IMG/VR virus record: IMGVR_UViG_3300026484_000087
Location: 1-64,000 of that record
Length of the DNA: 64,000 bases
Direction: 5' to 3' (one strand)
Positions 9,899 through 19,531 of the stretch are shown piece after piece (positions within the stretch are counted from its first letter, which is position 1; every line of letters starts with the position of its first letter). Both the position numbers and the translations under genes were made by a program. The notes beneath the pieces were generated by a model. It was not told the origin of the DNA and searched no databases. It worked only from the letters and a program-made list of their open reading frames with translations.

Positions 9899-10831
9899 TT
9901 ATACATTATGCATGACATCAGTATCTGATTTATGTACCATCTCAATACCAGCACAGTTATATAAACTATTAACTATTTCTAATGCCTTATCTTGTCCATA
10001 TGGAACTTCATCTCTATTTATAACCCTAGGTATATTAGTTGGATTCTCTGCAGTAAGTATGTTTTTATACATATTCTCATGTGCTTTAATAGAGGAACCT
10101 CTATCTTTAAGTTCTGCTAAGAACTCTTCACCAACATAACTTGCATATAGCCTAGACTCGGTTTCAGATAAAACCTTAGTGGCACTGTTTCTCCATGGCA
10201 ATCTATGTTTCTCTGCTTTAGATGTACTTGTAGGTAAACCAAAATGATTTACTTTAGCAGAAGCAGTACTTAACCATGTATCAGCAATCTTAGCCAACAT
10301 CATTATATATAGTGGAGCTATAATTATATCATCTTTAGATTCAACTACACCCTTAACTGTGTTAAATTTAATTTTATCAACAAGAGGTTTAAATCTAGAA
10401 TTATTTAACTCTTCTATAATCTTATAAGCTGGTTTTGAACCAAGTGCGTAATACACATAGAATTCTTTGTCAACTATTTCTTTTAAGATCTCTCTCTTTT
10501 GTGTTAAATTTGTAGCTTTATAAGCACTATACTGTTCTGTACCAACTATTTTTAGATATTCTAATACCGTATTAAATAAGCTATTAACGATATCGGAACT
10601 AAGACCATCTATAGTTGAATCAAGATCATCTAAGTCATCTATATCCATGATGCTATTAGATATCATACGTTTAACTTGTCTAGAAGACTTAGCAATATAT
10701 GCTTCATAAAGTCTACCTATATTCATACGAGAAATAGTAGAGGCTGGATCCGAAATAATATCAGCTCTAGTACCATCTTTATCAACTGGCATATCTTCAT
10801 CTTTTCTAATTTCACATACGATACTTTTTGC
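9899..10831 (-). CDS. nvRNAP beta C-terminal subunit, exon 2 (phiKZ gp73-like)
   Basis: AKSIV...DMPVD...ADIISDPASTISRMNIGRLYE matches RpoB conserved regions; no RBS or ATG of its own. Confidence 0.88.
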   Translation of the reverse strand, partial: AKSIVCEIRKDEDMPVDKDGTRADIISDPASTISRMNIGRLYEAYIAKSSRQVKRMISNSIMDIDDLDDLDSTIDGLSSDIVNSLFNTVLEYLKIVGTEQYSAYKATNLTQKREILKEIVDKEFYVYYALGSKPAYKIIEELNNSRFKPLVDKIKFNTVKGVVESKDDIIIAPLYIMMLAKIADTWLSTASAKVNHFGLPTSTSKAEKHRLPWRNSATKVLSETESRLYASYVGEEFLAELKDRGSSIKAHENMYKNILTAENPTNIPRVINRDEVPYGQDKALEIVNSLYNCAGIEMVHKSDTDVMHNV

Positions 10832-11516
10832 CTTGGTGTTCAAGTGTAACGCTACTTACACCCCGCGACTCTACTCGCTGCTCCTACCATTACAGTGGAG
10901 GACACAGTTTATAAACTGTGAACATTTTGAACCGACCATATCAATCCTCATCCATTGATGAGGCCCTAACGTTTCGGGTCCGCTTGGATCCCTACTCTGG
11001 AGTAACCAGATGGCCTGTGAACACATACTCTCCTTGTATTAAGGATCACTTTCGTGGTTTAAGGTACTTCGCTGCGTCGATTAGAGCCAGGTAATAGAGT
11101 TTTCACTATGCCTACAGTATCCTTCATTACGGTTGTAGGTATTACAGTATGTTTCCACCTGTAAGTAGTATCTATTACTTTTAACAGCTCCTCCCCGCTA
11201 TTAGAAAGGTTTCATATGTACCTCACGATACATACGGGCTATTTTACATTGATTAAAATAAATATTGTTTATATTCTTTGGGAGTTGCATCTCCTGATAA
11301 AGAATTAAGATGACTATGTGGCGTCTGCTGAAACTCTCCGTGTTCAGGGCATATTAAGGCTATATTCTTTTCACCATGTTTGATTTTAGCTCTCTCTATA
11401 AACCTAAGTCTTAACTTTTCTTTCAATTCATTCCTCCTTTCTAAAAATACCAATGCAATAGTACTTTTAATCTTTTTTATTTTAATCTGTAACCTCGTAT
11501 CCATTACAAGGACTTA
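10832..11516 (-). mobile_element. Group I self-splicing intron (IA-like) in the nvRNAP beta gene
   Basis: Exon ends in U (GGT|TAAG), intron ends in G (ACCAAG|GCA). Q-like AATCGACGCAGCGAAG, R-like GTTCACAGGCCATC and S-like GATATGGTCGG, with P7 GGCCAU/AUGGUC. Splicing restores YKLTDLSG-AKSIV. GC-rich island. Confidence 0.88.
11253..11504 (-). pseudogene. Degenerate intron-encoded homing endonuclease remnant (DUF723-like zinc module)
   Basis: FIERAKIKHG...ICPEHGEFQQTPHSHL; no second CxxC and no nuclease domain. Confidence 0.7.
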
Positions 11517-12731
11517 ACCACTAAGATCAGTCAGCTTATACCCTACGCCGGGTAAGTACCTATATTTAATAGTAAACTCTATTCTGTAAATATCCATTGG
11601 ATCATTTCTATAGATCTTCTTAATGTTTCTATCACCTTTTACAATATCAGCATCAGTAATAGCCATTGCGTTGACTAATAGTCTTGTAAACTTAGGACTA
11701 ACTTTGACATTATCATTTCTATATCTTTGTTTATGTTCATCAACTATATTATCGTATACATCAAGTATATCTTTATAATATTGAACTAAAGCTTTAGAAT
11801 ACTTTTTAACTAAACCATCGGTATTACTATAAATCTCTTTTTTACTTTTTGGAGTATGATAAACTTTAATATCTGATACTACTCCTGAACCATCTCTAAC
11901 ATACGTTACCTTATCGAACATAGGATTGAATTCACATATATCTTTAGCACTCATCAATGCTGGGGCTAACTCATCATCATAATCTCTTACGGCAACAATA
12001 GCACCAGACTTATGTATCTTCTCACCTATCTCTGGGAATGGCTTATAATTATCTTTATCGCCATACAGATTTAACATAAAACTATCTGTACCAAACTCAA
12101 CCGTTCTTTTCTCGAAGATCTCTATAGCCATTTTCTCTGCTGTACTCTCAGATATAACTATACCATCCTCAGCTGTTTCATTGATTGTCATCATACAGAT
12201 ATTTAGATTAGCACCAAACTTATATCCATTATTATCACTAACTGCTGGAGATGAAGCCAATACTGTACCCGCCTCAAGTACATCATTGTGTTGAACTTTA
12301 TCAAGTATATCATGATTCCATTTATATCTAAAACCAAAATAGTTATGCATGTTAGAGTTATATGGTAAATCTAGATAGCTAATCTCACCTGTCTTAAGAT
12401 CTTCATAGATAACAATAGCGTCAACCATATGATTAATACTGTTAATATCTATACCATTCTTATATCTAGGTATAATGGAAATTATTCTAGAATCATTAAC
12501 CAGCTTCTTATCAAATGTTTGTCTGCCTAGCTCTCTTTCGATACCAGACTGAATAATCTTCTCATCTCCATTAAGCAATGTTAATGCTTGTGACATATGT
12601 GAGGACAACATAAGTGACCTAGCAGCACTATTATGATTACAAAATGGGTTTACTGCTGTTATACTCGTTAACTCTGGTCTAAGTTTTACTTTAGCAAATG
12701 ATTCTTTTAACGTTATTTTATCACTTTTCAT
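11517..12731 (-). CDS. nvRNAP beta C-terminal subunit, exon 1 (phiKZ gp71-like)
   Basis: NPFCNHNSAARSLMLSSHMSQ, GANLN, EDGIVISES, GYKLTDLSG; start placed at ATG 12731 behind GGAGG. Confidence 0.88.
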
Positions 12732-12918
12732 TATTATCCTCCATTGTACAAGTATCATCGCATATACTTCTTGAATCGATATCCACCAAAATTAGATCTT
12801 TGAACATCATTTTATATTGTCCTTTTGTAGTTATATTCTCATAGATGTCTCGTTCATGCATATATGCAGATAACGTCCATACTAAAGCAATTGCTACTAA
12901 TACTCTTATTGCTTCCAT
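12721..12918 (-). CDS. Small membrane or secreted protein overlapping the start of the beta gene
   Basis: N-terminal hydrophobic segment; AAGGAG RBS; first gene after motif copy 2. Confidence 0.6.
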   Translation of the reverse strand: MEAIRVLVAIALVWTLSAYMHERDIYENITTKGQYKMMFKDLILVDIDSRSICDDTCTMEDNNEK

Positions 12919-12942
12919 CTTATTCTCCTTGGGTTATTTATT

Positions 12943-12974
12943 GATACTGCCTAGTACCTACTTTAATAATATAT
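12943..12974 (-). promoter_or_regulatory. Conserved early-promoter/5'-hairpin element, copy 2
   Basis: Identical to copies 1 and 7. Confidence 0.75.
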
Positions 12975-12979
12975 AATTA

Positions 12980-13264
12980 TTAAACGTTTGGTTCATAACG
13001 ACGTATACCTACTATTGGAACATTACATTCGTCATCAGTATCTTTTGTTAAATTAATGCCAATTATCTCCTTGACATTAAGGTGTTTCTTTAATTGTTTA
13101 TATACTTCATTAGCATTCTTACAATTCACCTGTTCAAAATTATTTATATCGTCTTCATCATTTATCTGTACGATAGATACGACTTTGCCGTCTACATATA
13201 TTTCTTTAACTAAATCAAAATTTATAGACTCATTACCAGTTATTGCTGGAACTTCTATCCACAT
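12980..13264 (-). CDS. Hypothetical protein
   Basis: ORF with AAGGAG RBS. Confidence 0.6.
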   Translation of the reverse strand: MWIEVPAITGNESINFDLVKEIYVDGKVVSIVQINDEDDINNFEQVNCKNANEVYKQLKKHLNVKEIIGINLTKDTDDECNVPIVGIRRYEPNV

Positions 13265-13276
13265 AAGATCTCCTTA

Positions 13277-13504
13277 TTACTCAAATTTAGATTTAAACTC
13301 TTCAACGCTCATACCTTTAACTATGAATGTTTCGATTATATCTTCATCTACAGTACCTTTTTTATTTTCTTCTCTATTATCTAAAAACTCTAGAACCTTT
13401 CTAGGGGTCTCTATAGAAGTATAATTAGTGTTGAAACCTTCTAATTTTTTAACACCATTACCCATGTCGCTTAATATCTGAACCTTATCTATTACCAAAT
13501 ACAT
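13277..13504 (-). CDS. Hypothetical protein
   Basis: ORF in an operon. Confidence 0.6.
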   Translation of the reverse strand: MYLVIDKVQILSDMGNGVKKLEGFNTNYTSIETPRKVLEFLDNREENKKGTVDEDIIETFIVKGMSVEEFKSKFE

Positions 13505-13505
13505 C

Positions 13506-13643
13506 TTACCATCCTAACCTGCTATTATCTCCATATAGATAATCATCATCATTATCATCTATAATCCTTCGTTTATTAAAAAACATTATAATAGTTCCAA
13601 TTACTACTAAACTGCCTAAACCAAATAATACATTAACGTACAT
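13506..13643 (-). CDS. Unannotated 45-aa single-pass membrane protein
   Basis: MYVNVLFGLGSLVVIGTIIMFFNKRRIIDDNDDDYLYGDNSRLGW; AAGGAG RBS; fills the operon gap exactly. Confidence 0.65.
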   Translation of the reverse strand: MYVNVLFGLGSLVVIGTIIMFFNKRRIIDDNDDDYLYGDNSRLGW

Positions 13644-14175
13644 TATCCAACTCCTTACTTATTTTATTTAGATATGTTCTAACAGTATCTATGAACTCCA
13701 CATCATCATAGTCTATATACTGCAGTTCCTCATCAAGAGCTACCGTTATAAGTTCATCTCTAATACTATTTATGTATGTCTTATCTATATCCACCAAATA
13801 ATTTACCATATCACTATCGTAATTTATAATTATTATGGATTCATTGTTTTCATAATTAACAATATAAGGTATTAAAAAGTTTATAAACTTCTCAGCATCT
13901 TCATTCCTATTTTTTTGCTCTTTTATTAACCTTAATCTATAACCACCTTCAATTTCTTTAAACTTATAAAATGATATATCATCTTTCCAATAATTAGTAT
14001 TTAAATTAAGCATTCTATCCGCATCTAACAATTCTTTTGGCGTTAACCTATTAAACTCTGGTTTATCATAATCGGAACTGTTTTTAATCGTAGATAAAAA
14101 ATTAAACCATTCTACAACATTATCTGGTAATCCAGTTAATTTAACATCTAAATTTACTGTAACGCATATTGACAT
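13633..14175 (-). CDS. Hypothetical early protein
   Basis: ORF after motif copy 3, AAGGAG RBS. Confidence 0.65.
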   Translation of the reverse strand: MSICVTVNLDVKLTGLPDNVVEWFNFLSTIKNSSDYDKPEFNRLTPKELLDADRMLNLNTNYWKDDISFYKFKEIEGGYRLRLIKEQKNRNEDAEKFINFLIPYIVNYENNESIIIINYDSDMVNYLVDIDKTYINSIRDELITVALDEELQYIDYDDVEFIDTVRTYLNKISKELDNVR

Positions 14176-14207
14176 AATGTACTCCTTCTTCTTTTTTTCT
14201 TTTATTC

Positions 14208-14239
14208 GATACTGCCTAGTATCTACTTTAATAATATAT
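14208..14239 (-). promoter_or_regulatory. Conserved early-promoter/5'-hairpin element, copy 3
   Basis: ATATATTATTAAAGTAGATACTAGGCAGTATC (fully Watson-Crick stem variant). Confidence 0.75.
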
Positions 14240-14252
14240 GGTTATTAAAATC

Positions 14253-14516
14253 TTATTCATTATACTTAGTATAATCTGGTTTACCATCACGATATAACTC
14301 TTCTATACCTTTCCTATCATAAACACTAACCACATCTATAGCATTATACCTATTGGTTTCTTTTTCCCATAATCTATTAACTAAGTCCAATATTTCTATA
14401 AAGCATTTAGTATTAACCTGGAATTCATAAGGTAACTCTAAGATACTGGTTAAATATTTTATATCCTGACATTCTTTATCTTCAGCCAATGCCACTACAG
14501 CTATAATCATATTCAT
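14253..14516 (-). CDS. Hypothetical protein
   Basis: ORF. Confidence 0.55.
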   Translation of the reverse strand: MNMIIAVVALAEDKECQDIKYLTSILELPYEFQVNTKCFIEILDLVNRLWEKETNRYNAIDVVSVYDRKGIEELYRDGKPDYTKYNE

Positions 14517-14578
14517 CCTCCCATATATTTATCATTCCATTGAATTATTTGATTTATAAAAAATATATAGGAGTTTAT

Positions 14579-14905
14579 ATGGGACTGGATCATATGGTAG
14601 CCAAAACTATAACAGATGAATTAAATGAATCACTTCTACATAAATGGGATTCTGCTATACCATTAATGCACGGTGATGTTGTTGGTCTAAGAGAGATAAA
14701 AAATAATGAAGCAGATAAGTACATATTTGATTTCAACGGCTTACTGAATAGTTTAAATGTACCAGAGAAATATTGGTATGTACATATGAGATTAAACAAT
14801 TTAAAATCTAGTACTGATTATAACGGTACCAATAAAATATTCTTAGTAGATATGGAGTACTTAAACGGTATTTATAATTCATTCACTAACAGAAGTTATG
14901 GGTAA
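14579..14905 (+). CDS. Hypothetical protein
   Basis: ATG 14579 with AGGAG RBS; followed by a palindrome. Confidence 0.65.
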   Translation: MGLDHMVAKTITDELNESLLHKWDSAIPLMHGDVVGLREIKNNEADKYIFDFNGLLNSLNVPEKYWYVHMRLNNLKSSTDYNGTNKIFLVDMEYLNGIYNSFTNRSYG

Positions 14906-14919
14906 AAAATAAATAAGAT

Positions 14920-14953
14920 ATATAGTATAACGGAATATTCCGTTATACTATAT
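14920..14953. terminator. Perfect 34-bp palindrome between convergent genes (putative bidirectional terminator)
   Basis: ATATAGTATAACGGAAT|ATTCCGTTATACTATAT. Confidence 0.7.
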
Positions 14954-14957
14954 GATT

Positions 14958-16394
14958 TTAATAACCTCGATTATATCCAGTCATTGTATTTATACCCATT
15001 GGTCTCTGTTGCATAGGAGGTTGTTGCTGATACATATTTTGCATAGGCATTTGTTGTGGTACACCATACTGGTTTGGCATAGCCATATTGTTAGGCATAA
15101 CCATTTGTTGTTGTTGAACCTGCTGAGTCATTGTATTTATACCCATTGGTCTCTGTTGCTGTATTTGCTGTGTATTAGGCACCTGCATATTGCCATAAAG
15201 TATCTTTTGTGCAGCAGTCATACCACTAGTATCTACTGTTTGAACATTTTGTTGCTGTTGTTGTACTGGCATAACTGGTTGCTGTTGTACCGGAACCTGA
15301 TTATTATTACCATGTAATACTTGTTGTACTATGGCCTGAGTTGGAGTATAGTTTGCTACTGACTCAGCTATACCATTTTGACTATTCAATATACTTCTAG
15401 CAGTAACTTTTTCTTGCTTTGGCTGTTCAGCTGGAGCGTCTTTAACTAGGGCTCTATGTCTACCGGCATCAATATCTGATGGTATAGCAGCTAATTCATT
15501 TTTATAGATATCCAACTTATCAAGTTCATCTTCTGTAATCTTAACATCAATGATTGCACTTGTAGAAACAACCTCATCCATGAATTTAAGATCGTTAAGC
15601 AGCTCATTTAATCTATTAGCTATAGTTAAATATAACTTAGTAAGACTAATAAATCCTGGTGACGTATCATCCATACTACCAATAGCATACTTCTCAGGAT
15701 TATCTTCGATACCAGTAAAGATATATTCAAATATAAGTTTAAGTACTTTTGGATCTTTACCACGCATCTTAACACCAAGTAAAGGAGTATTTTTATTAAC
15801 ACTATCTAACATTTTGTAGATAGGAAATGATGCAGTAGCTAAACGATTATACTTAGTACCGTTAAGCATACCACCCCTTTTAAGGTACGTATGTATTAAA
15901 CCTTTAGTAGGACCTGCTTTGATACTTGCTTTATAAATCTTAAGCCATCTATCAATACTTCCTTCATCAATAAGGTCTTTAACATTGTTCGTTCTAGCTT
16001 TGTTTAAAGACCCAATGAATTTATTTAAATTAAGGGAAGCTTTCTTTTGCATCTCCAATGAAAGACCTAATTCAAGTAATAATTCTATGGTCATAGCTAA
16101 ACTAAAATTAAGCTTATGTTCCATGGCATTCTTTAATTTTCTTAAAGAAATACTTTCACCTTTAACGGCATCTTCATTAAGTGGATTAAACAATGTTTTA
16201 ACCAACGTAACCTCACCATCTATAACCTCTGTAAGACTAGACTTATGTTCATTTGTAGGTAGAACCATAGGTCTACCAGCATCAACTACTTGAATTGGTT
16301 TACCATTAGCTCTAGGTGCCTTAATGAACCCCTCATCATCATAAACAAAACCAGCTGTATTCAGCGTTCTCTTATAAAACTCTATTAACTTCAT
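14958..16394 (-). CDS. Conserved core protein (phiKZ gp70-like) with a Q/N/P/M-rich C-terminal tail
   Basis: Lies between the gp69- and gp71-like genes; MVLPT...FNPLNE N-terminal motif; low-complexity tail. Confidence 0.65.
   Translation of the reverse strand: MKLIEFYKRTLNTAGFVYDDEGFIKAPRANGKPIQVVDAGRPMVLPTNEHKSSLTEVIDGEVTLVKTLFNPLNEDAVKGESISLRKLKNAMEHKLNFSLAMTIELLLELGLSLEMQKKASLNLNKFIGSLNKARTNNVKDLIDEGSIDRWLKIYKASIKAGPTKGLIHTYLKRGGMLNGTKYNRLATASFPIYKMLDSVNKNTPLLGVKMRGKDPKVLKLIFEYIFTGIEDNPEKYAIGSMDDTSPGFISLTKLYLTIANRLNELLNDLKFMDEVVSTSAIIDVKITEDELDKLDIYKNELAAIPSDIDAGRHRALVKDAPAEQPKQEKVTARSILNSQNGIAESVANYTPTQAIVQQVLHGNNNQVPVQQQPVMPVQQQQQNVQTVDTSGMTAAQKILYGNMQVPNTQQIQQQRPMGINTMTQQVQQQQMVMPNNMAMPNQYGVPQQMPMQNMYQQQPPMQQRPMGINTMTGYNRGY
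14979..15159. repeat. 34-bp direct repeat (14979-15012 and 15126-15159) encoding QQRPMGINTMT
   Basis: Exact duplicate agtcattgtatttatacccattggtctctgttgc. Confidence 0.9.
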
Positions 16395-16408
16395 CTCTTT
16401 CCTTTTTC

Positions 16409-17878
16409 TTATACGATTTGACTTAGATTCATAATTTGACTAAAGTCTTCAACAACATTATTGTATGTGTTCTCATCACCAATCATACTTGTATATAAAC
16501 TATTACAAAATGTTGGTAATCTATATACTACTGGTGCTTGACCATTAATACTAACTGCAATAGTAGTATCGCCTAAAACATCTGCATGTATGAATATCTC
16601 TACACCAAGTAAGTTGTTTTTAGTTATAGAGTTAACTACAAGAGCTTTAAATTTACTCATAAATCTTTCTACATACATACTAACGTCAATACCATGTATA
16701 AATGATTTAACATTAGATACGGCATCAACAACTTCACTGTTTGGAGTCATGTTAGTAATACTAAAATCGATACTAGACAACATCTCATCTACAAGTAAAC
16801 TAGAAACAGCTTCACTTATAGTTGTTGCAATTGTTCCCTCAATGCTAGTAGCAGATAAATCTGCTGTTACATCTGTATCTAAAATAGTGGCATTCTGCTT
16901 AAACATTGGAGTATTATTATCAACAAGTATAAGTTTACTCTCAATATCTGGCTGAAGCTTAGCAAGTGCATTTAATGTAAACTCAACCGTTACCAGATCC
17001 CCAGTAATACTACTAAGTGCCTGAACAAGAGGTACTTCAGATAAATTATTCTCATTAAGATCAGAACTTGCCACACCGAATATATCATTACTCGTATGTC
17101 CTATCTCTGCCATATTATTACCAAGTATGAACGAGTTAATCACACTACTAACATGCATTGACCCAACAGAGTTTAATCTTTTACTTTCCAATGGAACAGC
17201 ACCATATAAATTCCTGGTATTATTAATGGGTACATTATTGTTACCCATCATATTATTTACCTCCATACCGCCTGCTACATCTTTAGGACGCATTAATCTA
17301 TGTGTTCTAGTAGTATCTTCAACGCTATAAGATCTATTAAAAGAATCATACAGTACATTGAAACTAGAAAGAACTCTAGTATTAACGATTCCTTGTAAAT
17401 TTACAGTTCTAACAACATTTGTTATACTATTTATATACATAGACATATTTGGGTCTATCCTACCACTCATAGTTGGATCATGGTATTCACTATATCCCTG
17501 AATATAACTAATAGTTAAAGCTTGTGTGTTCGGATCATGCGATTCAACTTCCATAAGGAATCTTAATCTAACTGTACCCCAACCATTAGCAATATTAATT
17601 CTCTCTGTAGGTATATCAGATATTTTCATAAGATCTGGAACGCTGTTTGCTAAAGAAACCGCATTTACTCTACCACCAGTTGCCACTTGCTGACCTATAA
17701 TATTTTCAAGATTATTAAGTGTACCAGAGTTTACATTCATTTCGAATGGTCTACGATAAATATCATTGTATTGTTTTGTTGGCACAAAAAGTATCTTTGT
17801 AATATTTAAGTCTATAGTGTTCATGTATTGCCCAGCATACATATTATTTAAAGAATTTTGTTGGAAATTATTTTGCAT
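16409..17878 (-). CDS. picA: Probable phage-nucleus protein import factor (phiKZ gp69/PicA/Imp1-like)
   Basis: Directly after the gp68-like gene; size and IANGW...RLRF motif fit the family as recalled; no search run. Confidence 0.6.
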   Translation of the reverse strand: MQNNFQQNSLNNMYAGQYMNTIDLNITKILFVPTKQYNDIYRRPFEMNVNSGTLNNLENIIGQQVATGGRVNAVSLANSVPDLMKISDIPTERINIANGWGTVRLRFLMEVESHDPNTQALTISYIQGYSEYHDPTMSGRIDPNMSMYINSITNVVRTVNLQGIVNTRVLSSFNVLYDSFNRSYSVEDTTRTHRLMRPKDVAGGMEVNNMMGNNNVPINNTRNLYGAVPLESKRLNSVGSMHVSSVINSFILGNNMAEIGHTSNDIFGVASSDLNENNLSEVPLVQALSSITGDLVTVEFTLNALAKLQPDIESKLILVDNNTPMFKQNATILDTDVTADLSATSIEGTIATTISEAVSSLLVDEMLSSIDFSITNMTPNSEVVDAVSNVKSFIHGIDVSMYVERFMSKFKALVVNSITKNNLLGVEIFIHADVLGDTTIAVSINGQAPVVYRLPTFCNSLYTSMIGDENTYNNVVEDFSQIMNLSQIV

Positions 17879-17891
17879 ATATTGTCCTTTT

Positions 17892-19442
17892 TTATTTGTT
17901 TAAGTGTATTATTAAATTAGCCAACTGTATTTTTAAATCAGAAGGCACTAACATTGTTTGCGAAGCGTTATCTTTCACTTCTAATATATATTCACTTGGT
18001 GCAGTAAATATCCATCTTTGTTTATAGAACTCATCAGCCATATTATTAGCAGATGTTTCAGCAACATTAACTTCACGGTTAGCAGTAGCTGTAGTAACGA
18101 TAACTTTTTTATAAGGAAATATAGTATCTAAGGTATCTTTATGTTCCTTAGTTATTCTACTCTTATTAGTAGTAAAGTTAATTACAACTGTATCGTCTTG
18201 TTCAGCCTGCAACGATGTAAGCAATAAAGCTAAATATTTAAATCCATGTGTCCATAGATAGGCAAATGCCAATGCCAATGAACTTATGATCGCATCTAAC
18301 TTAACATATTCTAAACTTCTTGGATCTATAACTTCTTTAAGTACCCAACCCAATAATGTTATCTGCACTCTAGTTAATGTTCCATGATGTAGTTTTGTTG
18401 TAAATGACAATGCATCACCATACACCTTAAGATCCAAATTCTTACATAACTTTAATGGGTTATCTCTAAGATTTTCTAATGACCATTCTAATTCAACAAC
18501 TGAACCAGCTGGTAAATTAGATGTTATTCTATAGCTCTCCAATATACTTTCTTGATCGCCGTCACCACTCTCAGTATCTACCATTGACTTCTTAGAACGT
18601 ATAGCATTTGATGTATCACCTTTAACTTTTAATTTGTTATTAACAAAATTATATGTTCTAGTAATGATATGTTTGTTCTCTGTATCATCAAGTATTGTAG
18701 CCATAGCTATCTTTTGCATCATAACTATACTTAAAACCCATACAACCATTTCATCAGATGGAATTCTTTTCTCAATTATACGAATCAAAGACTCATCTTC
18801 AGATCTATTTACTGATTCTATAACTTTATCCACTAAACCATATAACTTTATATAAGGTTCAGATTCAGATATTTTATGTTGGGTTATAAAGTTAAATAGA
18901 ATATAGTGATTATGTATCTTACCTAACTCACTATTATTCATAAAACCAAATTGACCTATTGGACCAATAATACTTTTAAGAACTTGTACAAAAGCTATAA
19001 GTTGCAAATAATCTGTTTTTGTATAGGTTTGTACTCTAGTACCTAACCCATCTTCAACCATCTTATTATCGAACTCATCTGGCATAGATCTAAGTGCCTG
19101 ATACTTATAAACATTTTTTATAAAATGATAAACATCTTCTAAATCCATTAATTCTAATATACCATTAACCAATTCATAAGGTAGGGGCATTATCTCTACC
19201 CTACCAATATTATCAAATAGTATTTCTTCAGCTTCAATGTACTTATTCATAAGTGCTGTTTTAAATGCATCACCTTTATAATCAAGGTATGCATGAAGTA
19301 AGACAAACTGCTTATCTGAATCTATTTCATCTTTGTTTCTCTTATTTACTATAGTACTTATGTTAAAATTTATAGTTACATTATTATAACTAATTTCTAT
19401 TTCTAACGGTGCACTGTTATATAAGTTATTTAACTTAAACAT
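17892..19442 (-). CDS. nvRNAP promoter-specificity (sigma-like) subunit, phiKZ gp68-like
   Basis: 516 aa; position in the gp65-gp75 block; RVQTYTKTDY and SILESYRI motifs; preceded by the same element as the other nvRNAP genes. Confidence 0.7.
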   Translation of the reverse strand: MFKLNNLYNSAPLEIEISYNNVTINFNISTIVNKRNKDEIDSDKQFVLLHAYLDYKGDAFKTALMNKYIEAEEILFDNIGRVEIMPLPYELVNGILELMDLEDVYHFIKNVYKYQALRSMPDEFDNKMVEDGLGTRVQTYTKTDYLQLIAFVQVLKSIIGPIGQFGFMNNSELGKIHNHYILFNFITQHKISESEPYIKLYGLVDKVIESVNRSEDESLIRIIEKRIPSDEMVVWVLSIVMMQKIAMATILDDTENKHIITRTYNFVNNKLKVKGDTSNAIRSKKSMVDTESGDGDQESILESYRITSNLPAGSVVELEWSLENLRDNPLKLCKNLDLKVYGDALSFTTKLHHGTLTRVQITLLGWVLKEVIDPRSLEYVKLDAIISSLALAFAYLWTHGFKYLALLLTSLQAEQDDTVVINFTTNKSRITKEHKDTLDTIFPYKKVIVTTATANREVNVAETSANNMADEFYKQRWIFTAPSEYILEVKDNASQTMLVPSDLKIQLANLIIHLNK

Positions 19443-19464
19443 ATTACTCCTTTTTCTTTTATTC

Positions 19465-19495
19465 GATACTGCCTGTATCTAAGTAAATAATATAT
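19465..19495 (-). promoter_or_regulatory. Conserved early-promoter/5'-hairpin element, copy 4
   Basis: ATATATTATTTACTTAGATACAGGCAGTATC. Confidence 0.7.
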
Positions 19496-19531
19496 TGCTA
19501 TAATATATTTAAAACATAGAGTAAAGAGTAT

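Noticed and set aside
9899-12758. Beta gene as a pseudogene or two independent subunits
   Set aside because: The gap has group I intron hallmarks and splicing restores the conserved motif in frame
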